Virus genome (UHGV): UHGV-0077132
From: a virus
DNA length: 18,407 nt
Direction: 5' to 3' (one strand)
The notes below the pieces were generated by a model. That model did not search any database. It was not told where the DNA came from and worked only from the letters and a program-made list of their open reading frames with translations. Positions within the stretch are counted from its first letter, which is position 1. Each line of letters starts with the position of its first letter. Shown in pieces: positions 1 through 6,635 of the stretch. The position numbers and the translations under genes were made by a program.

Positions 1-21
1 GATTTTTTCCATCTGGTACAT
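1..21 (-). CDS. S: Holin S, 5' end only (gene continues beyond the window start)
   Basis: Minus strand reads ATG TAC CAG ATG GAA AAA ATC = MYQMEKI, matching the N-terminus recalled for phage 21/Stx-phage holins, with a Met1/Met4 dual start; SD GGGAGA 6 nt upstream (plus 22-40). Confidence 0.45.
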
Positions 22-96
22 ACCCCGTCTCCCGTTATCCGGAAGCTCACAACAACAAGTGGGGCATCAGCTCACACCGACACCCCCTGCGCATGG

Positions 97-366
97 TTAC
101 ATCATCATTTCGCCGTCAGGCTGAGGCTCTTCACTACCGTCAGGCTGAGACCCGACGCCATCTGAAACAGTACTGTCATCCGCAATGCCTTCCGGCTCCG
201 GAACCGCTGGTACGCCCAGCAGCTCATCCAGAATGGCATCCACTTCTGCATCAAGACGCGCCTCAAGGTTCTGGCGGAGTTTCTGTTTCAGTGCGCTCAG
301 GACTTCTTCAGAGCGCAGGACTTCCTTCACTGCCTCAGCAGTGACCAGGGATGTGATTTCTGACAT
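97..366 (-). CDS. Hypothetical small acidic protein (90 aa, MSEITSLVTAEAVKEV...), between nanS-p and the holin
   Basis: ORF taken from the internal ATG at 366-364; the longer 147-aa form overlaps the 404-586 ORF; coiled-coil-like N-terminus and Asp/Glu/Pro-rich C-terminus; weak SD. Confidence 0.35.
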   Translation of the reverse strand: MSEITSLVTAEAVKEVLRSEEVLSALKQKLRQNLEARLDAEVDAILDELLGVPAVPEPEGIADDSTVSDGVGSQPDGSEEPQPDGEMMM

Positions 367-403
367 GGGATTTTCTCGTTGAAAGGTGTTGTCAAGAAAG
401 TGA

Positions 404-586
404 CTACGGAATGAGCGGATCTTCGGGTTTGCTTCCGGCTGACTGACTGGCGCTGATTCTCTCAGCGGCCCTTTTATCAATCTGCCTGCGCCAGAAATCG
501 CGCACTGCCCTGTACCCACCCGAAAGAAGATACATAACACAGACTGCCGTACAGAAGTACAGCATCACCTGATGAATAAATGTCAT
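404..586 (-). CDS. Hypothetical small membrane protein (60 aa, one predicted TM segment then a basic tail)
   Basis: ORF MTFIHQVMLYFCTAVCVMYLLSGGY...; hydrophobic N-terminus; weak SD GGTAAG upstream; lies between the late cargo and lysis genes. Confidence 0.3.
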   Translation of the reverse strand: MTFIHQVMLYFCTAVCVMYLLSGGYRAVRDFWRRQIDKRAAERISASQSAGSKPEDPLIP

Positions 587-683
587 AATTTCTTACCGTT
601 ATGGTTGACAATGAGAACTGTTTTCATTTAAAAAACCGATATACGAAAGCATCTTTTCTTTACATTCTCCATTGGGATTACCT

Positions 684-721
684 CCGCCAGCTTCCATTCC
701 TGCCGCTGGCGGCCTTTTTTT
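684..721 (+). terminator. Hairpin plus T7 run, plus-strand orientation, abutting the nanS-p stop
   Basis: ccgccagc (684-691) pairs with gctggcgg (705-712) around a 13-nt loop, followed by ttttttt (715-721); large loop lowers confidence. Confidence 0.3.
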
Positions 722-722
722 A

Positions 723-2684
723 TCATGCCGCAGCATCCGCGTTGTTCACTTCCACCTTCACACTGTCAATCAGCAGCGTATATGTCGCCGCCTTTGATAT
801 GCCTGTCAGTTGCAGTTTGTCCGCCGCCCCTGATGCCGGAGATTTCACCAGTGTGAACGGCGTCCCCCGTTTCTCATCCAGTACCGGCGTCACCTGAATG
901 CTGTTGTTTCCGGCAAACTCAAAAGCCAGTGTGTGCCATCCGTTATCAAAGACCCCGAACGTATCCAGCTTCGCATTCGGCTTCTTGTGGTGCATCGCGT
1001 TCAGGTTCGTCGCATCCGTCTGCAGGAAGAAGGACATCAGCATGTCGTTGCCTTCCTCTGCCAGCGTCACTCCCTCCGGCAGGGACGACAACTGCCAGTA
1101 AATGCCCAGGGCAAACTGATTCGGCACCAGTGAACCCGGCAACTTAAACCGTACGCTCACACGTCCTCCTTTCTTCAGCAACTCTGCCCCCTGCCCGGCT
1201 GCATCATGCTCCAGAAACCAGATGTGGTTTTCCGGTTTATTCAGTTGCAGGGCCTTACCTCCCGTAGCCCCCGCATCACTGACCACCGCTTCAGCAATGT
1301 TTTTGTTAACATTGTCTCCGCTCGCCGGTTTGTGATAATAGCGCCAGCCCTGTGATGCCAGGTCTTCGCCGGACGCCAGCAGACTCATCAGGGTTCGGTT
1401 ACTGACCGGGGCTTCCGGCTCTCTCTCCGTACCTTCACCGGAAGGTCCGGTGGGCTTCACCGTATCAGGCTGTTTTCCGGTAATGAATTCAGCGTTTCTC
1501 CCGGCATGCACAAGAATCGCCGTTGCCAGACGGTCGGAAATAATCCCACGACGTGCCCATGATCCAAAATGCGTTTTACGGTCAGCCGTCGTCCAGGTTT
1601 TGGCGTCCGTTCGACCACCGGCTCCGTAATACCCAATATCCGCAACATCCGGATCTTCTGACGGCTCGTTGGTACCCACATTTCGCCCGTTTTCATCCGT
1701 CATAAACGGCACAAAGAAGATTTTTTTTGCGGATTTCGTCTTGTATGCACCATACACCGCATCGTATTGCGAAGAATAAGTCTGCTTCCAGTAGTAGGTC
1801 GTGTCGCCACAAATCCAGGGAACTGATGACGGAGAGCCCCCGAGACACTGACCTCCGAATTCCGACAGGTCAGAACGATATTTTTCCACCATGGAATCAA
1901 ACAGCCCCGGCTGAGTGGCGTATGCACCCTGTTTCAAATCAAACTCGCCCTGCATCCAGACCACTGCAAGCAGAATATTTTTAGGGTTGGCCTTCAGTGC
2001 GGCCTGAGTACGGGTAAGCAGGTCCTTGTACAGTGGCTTATCTACACCCCAGCGTGCCGAGGTCTCGCTTGCGCCGGTGGATTCGCTGAAGGTACCTTCA
2101 TCGCCCGCCAAAAATGCAGAACCACCACGGCAGCACGGAACCAGAAGAATACCGGCATTCGCCGGAATAAACGGCAACAATTTCTTCGCGATATGTAATC
2201 CCTGCCCCACGCATCCATACTGAGCTGCGCTGGCTTTCGGGTGTGAAAACTTACTCAAATCCTGAACATCATGCAGGCAGTGGTCCGCAGGAATAATGTC
2301 ATTGTAGTTACAGGACGCACCACCCGGCGTGACAGTGCTGCGACGCGCCAGCTGTTTAATACGCGGGTCCGGACGGTCATATGTCTCCGGCAGCGGAAGC
2401 CCTTCACCATACGCCATACCGTTTGACTGCCCGGCCAGGGCAACAACAAAGTAATACTCCGGGTTGCTGGTGGTGCTGATAACTGCGCCTTCTCCATCCG
2501 ACGGCTTCACCACCACAGGTGTGGTGACATCACCTTCCGCCGCAATGGCCTGCATCAGGGTATAAGGCGTGATGGCCACCGGACTGCCAAATGGCTGCCA
2601 CCCCTCCTTCAGTTTTTGTGTCAGTCGTTTCGCAAGGTCTGACGGCGATGCCGCCCTGACCACGTCATAGTGTTTAAATGCCAT
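723..2684 (-). CDS. nanS-p: NanS-p-like prophage sialate O-acetylesterase (N-terminal DUF1737-like region plus SASA/SGNH esterase domain), 653 aa
   Basis: ATG at 2684 with SD GGGAGG; GQSNG motif (VVALAGQSNGMAYGEG) typical of the SASA esterase family; N-terminus MAFKHYDVV...EGWQP resembles the DUF1737 start; position matches the gene downstream of stxB in Stx phages. Confidence 0.8.
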   Translation of the reverse strand: MAFKHYDVVRAASPSDLAKRLTQKLKEGWQPFGSPVAITPYTLMQAIAAEGDVTTPVVVKPSDGEGAVISTTSNPEYYFVVALAGQSNGMAYGEGLPLPETYDRPDPRIKQLARRSTVTPGGASCNYNDIIPADHCLHDVQDLSKFSHPKASAAQYGCVGQGLHIAKKLLPFIPANAGILLVPCCRGGSAFLAGDEGTFSESTGASETSARWGVDKPLYKDLLTRTQAALKANPKNILLAVVWMQGEFDLKQGAYATQPGLFDSMVEKYRSDLSEFGGQCLGGSPSSVPWICGDTTYYWKQTYSSQYDAVYGAYKTKSAKKIFFVPFMTDENGRNVGTNEPSEDPDVADIGYYGAGGRTDAKTWTTADRKTHFGSWARRGIISDRLATAILVHAGRNAEFITGKQPDTVKPTGPSGEGTEREPEAPVSNRTLMSLLASGEDLASQGWRYYHKPASGDNVNKNIAEAVVSDAGATGGKALQLNKPENHIWFLEHDAAGQGAELLKKGGRVSVRFKLPGSLVPNQFALGIYWQLSSLPEGVTLAEEGNDMLMSFFLQTDATNLNAMHHKKPNAKLDTFGVFDNGWHTLAFEFAGNNSIQVTPVLDEKRGTPFTLVKSPASGAADKLQLTGISKAATYTLLIDSVKVEVNNADAAA

Positions 2685-2877
2685 GAATCCTCCCGGCCGG
2701 GATAATATTGTGAGTAAAATAAGGAGCGGGCTGAAGTCCGGAAGTTACAGGACAATGGCAGAAGAGAGACGACAGCCCGCAATTCGAAAAAGACCGCGCA
2801 GTTGCGCAGAGTGATTACTATGGGGTATTATTCGTCAGCTGAAATATTACTTCACGTTTTATTGTTTATTCCTTGCC

Positions 2878-2906
2878 GCCCGCGTCTCCCAGCGCGGGCT
2901 TTTTTT
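2878..2906 (+). terminator. Rho-independent terminator, plus-strand orientation
   Basis: Stem gcccgcg (2878-2884) / cgcgggc (2893-2899), 8-nt loop, then seven Ts (2900-2906). Confidence 0.45.
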
Positions 2907-2909
2907 GTC

Positions 2910-2937
2910 CATAAGAAAGCCCCTCCGGAGAGGGGCT
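2910..2937 (-). terminator. Possible minus-strand terminator hairpin about 350 nt downstream of the lipoprotein gene
   Basis: Perfect 8-bp stem agcccctc / gaggggct with cgga loop (2918-2937); minus strand continues TTCTTAT. Confidence 0.25.
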
Positions 2938-3282
2938 GGAGAGTGGCGCTATGTGCCATTGCATGGTGCCGGGTGCCTCCCGGTGAGTTCAGCCCGGTGA
3001 CACTGAACCCGCGTCATTCTCGTTTTGATAATCAGAGATTATACCATCACCAGTCGCCCCTCCGCTCAGGGGGATTCACCATGCCGTTCTCTTTTAACAA
3101 ATTCGCCGCTAACAGGACAACATTCCGCTTTCTGAGTTGTGAGGAATTTAACACTTCACACCTGTGTGCATTTTCTACAGGCTGATCCCAGCACCACAAT
3201 ACATCGCAGGCAACAGAAGCCAAATGCCCCACCACAGAAAAAACATGCAATTATGATTATTGTTTACTGCAAAGATGTAGAA

Positions 3283-3711
3283 TCACGGTTTAAAATCCAG
3301 CACTCCATTGTGAAATACTTTATATACTTCCGGAGACGGCGGAACTGGTATATCAGCATGCTTCACCGCATTCATCGCTTCACGACATAAATCGGGGTCT
3401 CCACCTTCTCTTTTAACCTGTAGCAGAAGACCATTCGGGGCCATATACATTCTCAGTGAACACTCTTTTCCTGAATACTTACTCGCATCCTTTAACTGTT
3501 CTTCTATGGCTTTCCTGACCTGAATGGCATACTGCCTGATTTCTTCACTGGCATCAGGGGTACGTTCCGATGAGCTCAAATTTTGCGACTTTATTAATTT
3601 ATCTGAGTGATACAGAGAAGCATCATAATTATTTGTCGATACATCTTTTGTGCAGCCAGTTGTCAGACTGGCTAATATCAAAACAAGAACTGGTACAGCA
3701 CGGCAATACAT
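3283..3711 (-). CDS. Secreted lipoprotein with a TolA C-terminal domain (domain III)-like fold, 142 aa; candidate periplasmic TolA-III decoy
   Basis: ATG at 3711 with SD GGAG; signal peptide MYCRAVPVLVLILASLTTGC (lipobox-like, Cys21); Ser/Asp-rich linker; C-terminal ~85 aa align with E. coli TolA domain III as recalled (YSGKECSLRMYMAPNGLLLQVKREGGDPDLC ... IPVPPSPEVYKVFHNGVLDFKP versus TolA YAGKTCTLRIKLAPDGMLLDIKPEGGDPALC ... IPKPPSQAVYEVFKNAPLDFKP); both disulfide cysteines conserved. Confidence 0.8.
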   Translation of the reverse strand: MYCRAVPVLVLILASLTTGCTKDVSTNNYDASLYHSDKLIKSQNLSSSERTPDASEEIRQYAIQVRKAIEEQLKDASKYSGKECSLRMYMAPNGLLLQVKREGGDPDLCREAMNAVKHADIPVPPSPEVYKVFHNGVLDFKP

Positions 3712-3841
3712 TTATCCATCTCCATATTAACAAGAACAATTATCTATAAAATATAGTAAATATGCGGGATCCGGGAGGACTTGTAACTATCATCTCCGGA
3801 TCAGCATGTAGTTTTTATTTTTCCGGATGATATATGCCGCA

Positions 3842-3870
3842 ATAATACCTCTGCATACAGATGCCTGCAA
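3842..3870 (-). promoter_or_regulatory. Candidate sigma70 promoter for the TolA-III-like lipoprotein gene
   Basis: Minus strand: -35 TTGCAG (3870-3865), 17-nt spacer, -10 TATTAT (3847-3842); about 130 nt upstream of the ATG. Confidence 0.3.
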
Positions 3871-3913
3871 ATATCTGCGAAGCATCCGGCGAGAATAAAC
3901 AAGGAAGTCTGAG

Positions 3914-3933
3914 GCTATCTTATATGATAGCCT
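3914..3933. promoter_or_regulatory. Perfect 20-bp palindrome GGCTATC-TTATAT-GATAGCC, candidate dimeric regulator site upstream of the lipoprotein promoter
   Basis: Exact inverted repeat of 7 bp with an AT-rich 6-bp spacer; no adjacent T-run, so not a terminator. Confidence 0.3.
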
Positions 3934-3989
3934 GTTGCTCAAAAGACAATGATTCACTCATCAGAACCAACAACGCATAATGCAGATAA

Positions 3990-4066
3990 TGGACCGCCAT
4001 CGAGGACTCGAACCCCGCGCAGCCAGCTTCGAAGGCTGGCGCTCTATCCCGATGAGCTAATGGCGG
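3990..4066 (-). tRNA. argO: tRNA-Arg (anticodon UCG), phage-borne, argO-like
   Basis: Minus strand folds as a cloverleaf: acceptor CCGCCAT/ATGGCGG, D-arm GCTC..GAGC, anticodon stem CCAGC/GCTGG with loop CTTCGAA, T-loop TTCGAGT, encoded 3' CCA; boundaries +/-1 nt. Confidence 0.7.
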
Positions 4067-4075
4067 TATGTGATA

Positions 4076-4151
4076 TGGTGGCCCTTGCTGGATTTGAACC
4101 AGCGACCTGGCGATTATGAGTCGCTCGCTCTCACCACTGAGCTAAAGGGCC
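4076..4151 (-). tRNA. ileZ: tRNA-Ile2 (anticodon CAU, lysidine type), ileX/ileZ-like
   Basis: Minus strand GGCCCTTTAGCTCAGTGGTGAGAGCGAGCGACTCATAATCGCCAGGTCGCTGGTTCAAATCCAGCAAGGGCCACCA; near-identical architecture to E. coli ileX as recalled; anticodon loop CTCATAA; 3' CCA encoded. Confidence 0.8.
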
Positions 4152-4191
4152 GGGCGTAGGATAATAACGGTACGTAACTAATTCTGCAATA

Positions 4192-4530
4192 TCATCCGTT
4201 CTGACTGACTAAATCCTGAACTTCCCGAACCGTCTGCTCAAAACGTTCAGTCTCCAGCTCAACGCCTGTAGCACGACGGCCCAGTGCCAGTGCAGCTTTA
4301 ACTGTTGAACCTGACCCCATAAAAAAATCTGCAACCAGGTCACCCGGACGACTGCTTGCGCTGATTATCTGCTGCAGCATTTCTGCCGGTTTTTCGCACG
4401 GATGTTTCCCGGGATAGAACTGCACCGGTTTATGCGTCCAGACATCGGTATACGGCACCTGCGCCGTCACGCCAAAATACCGCCGCAGTCGGCATTCACA
4501 ACCACCAGCGCATTTAACGTTCAGGCACAA
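4192..4530 (-). pseudogene. 5'-truncated N6/N4 DNA methyltransferase remnant (C-terminal part only)
   Basis: Contains the AdoMet-binding motif DLVADFFMGSGSTV and the upstream WT..P..F.PGKHPCEKP block of beta-class MTases, but no DPPY catalytic motif and no ATG start (the ORF opens with TTG right after a terminator hairpin). Confidence 0.6.
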
Positions 4531-4532
4531 AA

Positions 4533-4556
4533 AAACCCGCTCGACGGCGGGTTTAA
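4533..4556 (-). terminator. Rho-independent terminator, minus-strand orientation, at the upstream break of the methylase remnant
   Basis: Stem aaacccgc / gcgggttt (8 bp) with loop tcgacg; on the minus strand it is followed by TTTT (plus A-run 4529-4532). Confidence 0.4.
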
Positions 4557-4885
4557 GCTGTGTGACGAAGTAACCACTCTTAACAGCATAACCAATTTTT
4601 TACGTACGTAAACTACTAAATGATATTTGTGAGAATGCCACCGAGTGTTCAAAACACCACCACAAATACATAAGAAAACTTCAACAAATAACCAATGAAT
4701 AATTTCCGATGTTATTTTTAGGTTGTTTAAATTAAGCCAAAAAATTATAGGGCGCTTATAAATAAGTGTCATTAATATAAATTAGCTAATAGATTTATTT
4801 TTGTTCAAACAAGAGCCATGAATAGGATTAGATAGAAAAGGTTCAGATAAAAATAGAGATCTACGTCACAAATTAAATGAGAAAC

Positions 4886-4965
4886 TAAAACTTACATCTT
4901 GAAATAATCACATTGATTAGATGAATATTTATCGCGCAGTGACATCATTTTTTTATAATAGTTCA
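4886..4965 (+). promoter_or_regulatory. Porin promoter region: OmpR-box-like repeats and a -10 TATAAT with a poor -35
   Basis: cTTACATcTTGAAAtaatCACAT (4891-4913) resembles ompC/ompF OmpR boxes; TATAAT at 4954-4959 about 20 nt before the ATG; strongly AT-rich upstream region. Confidence 0.35.
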
Positions 4966-4980
4966 AAAAAAGGGCGTACA

Positions 4981-6063
4981 ATGAAAAAATTAACAGTGGC
5001 AATTTCTGCTGTAGCTGCATCAGTACTGATGGCGATGTCTGCTCAGGCAGCTGAAATTTATAATAAAGACAGTAACAAGCTGGATCTATACGGGAAAGTT
5101 AATGCCAAGCACTACTTCTCCTCTAATGATGCAGATGATGGTGATACTACTTATGCTCGTCTTGGCTTCAAAGGTGAAACCCAAATCAACGATCAACTGA
5201 CTGGTTTCGGTCAGTGGGAATATGACTTCAAAGGCAACCGTGCTGAATCTCAAGGTTCTTCCAAAGACAAAACCCGTCTTGCATTTGCAGGCCTGAAATT
5301 TGGTGATTACGGCTCAATCGATTACGGTCGTAACTACGGTGTAGCATACGACATCGGTGCGTGGACTGACGTTCTGCCAGAATTCGGTGGTGATACCTGG
5401 ACCCAGACAGATGTGTTCATGACTGGCCGCACTACTGGTGTTGCAACTTATCGTAACAACGACTTCTTTGGTCTGGTCGATGGCCTGAACTTTGCTGCTC
5501 AGTATCAGGGTAAAAATGACCGCACTGACGTAACTGAAGCCAATGGTGATGGTTTCGGTTTCTCCACTACTTATGAGTATGAAGGATTCGGCGTGGGTGC
5601 AACCTATGCTAAATCAGATCGCACTGACGGTCAGGTCGCCTATGGTAAGAGCAAATTCAATGCCTCCGGCAAAAATGCGGAAGTATGGGCTGCAGGCCTG
5701 AAATATGATGCGAACAATATCTATCTGGCTACCACATATTCTGAAACTCAGAATATGACCGTTTTTGGTAATAACCATATTGCAAACAAAGCACAAAACT
5801 TTGAAGCAGTAGCACAATATCAGTTTGACTTCGGTCTGCGCCCATCTGTTGCTTACCTTCAGTCAAAAGGTAAAGACCTTGGTGTTCATGGTGACCGAGA
5901 CTTAGTCAAGTATGTCGATGTCGGTGCTACTTACTACTTTAATAAAAACATGTCCACTTTTGTTGATTACAAAATCAACTTAATTGACGATAGTAAGTTT
6001 ACCAAAACAGCTGGTATTGATACCGACGACATCGTCGCTGTAGGTCTGGTTTATCAGTTCTAA
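4981..6063 (+). CDS. nmpC: Outer-membrane general porin of the OmpC/PhoE/NmpC/Lc family (phage-borne porin moron), 360 aa
   Basis: ATG at 4981 (the ORF-track start at 4921 lies upstream of the -10); signal peptide [23 protein letters not shown]; mature N-terminus [16 protein letters not shown] and C-terminus ...VAVGLVYQF typical of enterobacterial porins; same Q-adjacent, opposite-orientation position as nmpC in DLP12 and lc in PA-2. Confidence 0.9.
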   Translation: MKKLTVAISAVAASVLMAMSAQAAEIYNKDSNKLDLYGKVNAKHYFSSNDADDGDTTYARLGFKGETQINDQLTGFGQWEYDFKGNRAESQGSSKDKTRLAFAGLKFGDYGSIDYGRNYGVAYDIGAWTDVLPEFGGDTWTQTDVFMTGRTTGVATYRNNDFFGLVDGLNFAAQYQGKNDRTDVTEANGDGFGFSTTYEYEGFGVGATYAKSDRTDGQVAYGKSKFNASGKNAEVWAAGLKYDANNIYLATTYSETQNMTVFGNNHIANKAQNFEAVAQYQFDFGLRPSVAYLQSKGKDLGVHGDRDLVKYVDVGATYYFNKNMSTFVDYKINLIDDSKFTKTAGIDTDDIVAVGLVYQF

Positions 6064-6074
6064 TCTGACTTACG

Positions 6075-6114
6075 AAAAAGATATGTTGCGGGAGGCTTTG
6101 CCTCCCCAACATAT
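6075..6114 (-). terminator. Strong rho-independent terminator on the minus strand, candidate tR' downstream of Q
   Basis: 15-bp stem (atatgttgcgggaggc / gcctccccaacatat, one bulge), 3-nt loop, then C plus TTTTT on the minus strand (plus A-run 6075-6079). Confidence 0.5.
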
Positions 6115-6118
6115 AAGT

Positions 6119-6251
6119 GGAGCCCTCAAGCCACTTCCTTTAGAAGCACTACCTTGCTTCTTACTATATAAACCTTCTGTTATATATTACCCTTTATTTT
6201 GGGGGCGTTTCCACGCCCCATTTTTAATAACTTTTAGTAAACAATTGCATA
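6119..6251 (-). promoter_or_regulatory. Expected location of the late promoter PR' and Q-utilisation site
   Basis: Inferred from position between Q and the terminator at 6075-6114; candidate -35 TTGATA on the minus strand, but no clean -10 identified. Confidence 0.3.
6202..6225 (+). terminator. Rho-independent terminator for the porin gene
   Basis: Stem ggggcg (6202-6207) / cgcccc (6214-6219), loop tttcca, then ATTTTT (6220-6225). Confidence 0.5.
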
Positions 6252-6635
6252 TCAATTAGAATTATTAGCAACGATATCCATATCTAACCGGATATCTAAT
6301 GCCATTAACATCCCTTCAATTATGCCCTCAGCCTTCTGTAACCTTTTCCCGATATAACCATCCGAGCAGCAATGCTTACTTGCCAGTGACATGAATGTCA
6401 TACCACATACATAATAATCTACTAATAAATCGTGTAAATCGCTGTTGTTCTTTTTCAGACGGGCCATGCACCCGCAAATGATCATCGCGTCATCGTCACA
6501 ACATTGCGGGCGAGATTTTACTTTTGAAGGAATTAATCCCTTAAAACCGGCAGCAATGGACGACCAGGTCACATCCTCATGATTATTTGCCGCCCATGCG
6601 CCCCAGCGTTCAAGAACCATCTGAATATCACGCAT
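6252..6635 (-). CDS. Q: Late antiterminator Q (Stx-phage/phage 82-type), 127 aa
   Basis: First ATG at 6635 gives [38 protein letters not shown]...[16 protein letters not shown], matching the recalled Q of Stx2 phages; start overlaps the upstream gene stop (TAATG). Confidence 0.85.
   Translation of the reverse strand: MRDIQMVLERWGAWAANNHEDVTWSSIAAGFKGLIPSKVKSRPQCCDDDAMIICGCMARLKKNNSDLHDLLVDYYVCGMTFMSLASKHCCSDGYIGKRLQKAEGIIEGMLMALDIRLDMDIVANNSN

Noticed and set aside
93-382. Plus-strand ORFs 93-344 and 185-382
   Set aside because: Antisense to the minus-strand ORF, Arg/Ser/Pro-rich low-complexity translation, no SD.
97-540. Long 147-aa form of the minus-strand ORF
   Set aside because: The N-terminal 58 aa overlap the 404-586 ORF in another frame and look like out-of-frame sequence; the internal ATG at 366 was used.
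601-2223. Plus-strand ORFs inside or overlapping nanS-p (601-897, 898-1101, 929-1147, 933-1133, 1727-1984, 2026-2223) and minus-strand shadow ORFs (1457-1696, 1700-1927, 2255-2497)
   Set aside because: All lie within the strongly supported 653-aa esterase gene in other frames or antisense; no independent signals.
2802-3250. ORFs 2802-3185 (+) and 3047-3250 (-) in the non-coding stretch
   Set aside because: No SD, and they span terminator hairpins with composition unlike coding sequence; the region is treated as non-coding and structured.
3283-3711. Expected stxA/stxB at this position of an Stx-phage-like late region
   Set aside because: No ORF here or elsewhere in the window resembles the Stx A or B subunit; the slot holds the TolA-like lipoprotein instead.
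4402-4772. ORFs 4402-4611 (+) and 4521-4772 (-)
   Set aside because: They overlap the methylase remnant or the AT-rich porin promoter region; no motifs or ribosome-binding sites.
4921-4980. ORF-track start of the porin at 4921 ([20 protein letters not shown]...)
   Set aside because: It lies upstream of the -10 element and precedes the canonical signal peptide; ATG at 4981 with its own SD is the real start.
5614-5817. Minus-strand ORF inside the porin gene
   Set aside because: Antisense shadow ORF within a high-confidence CDS.
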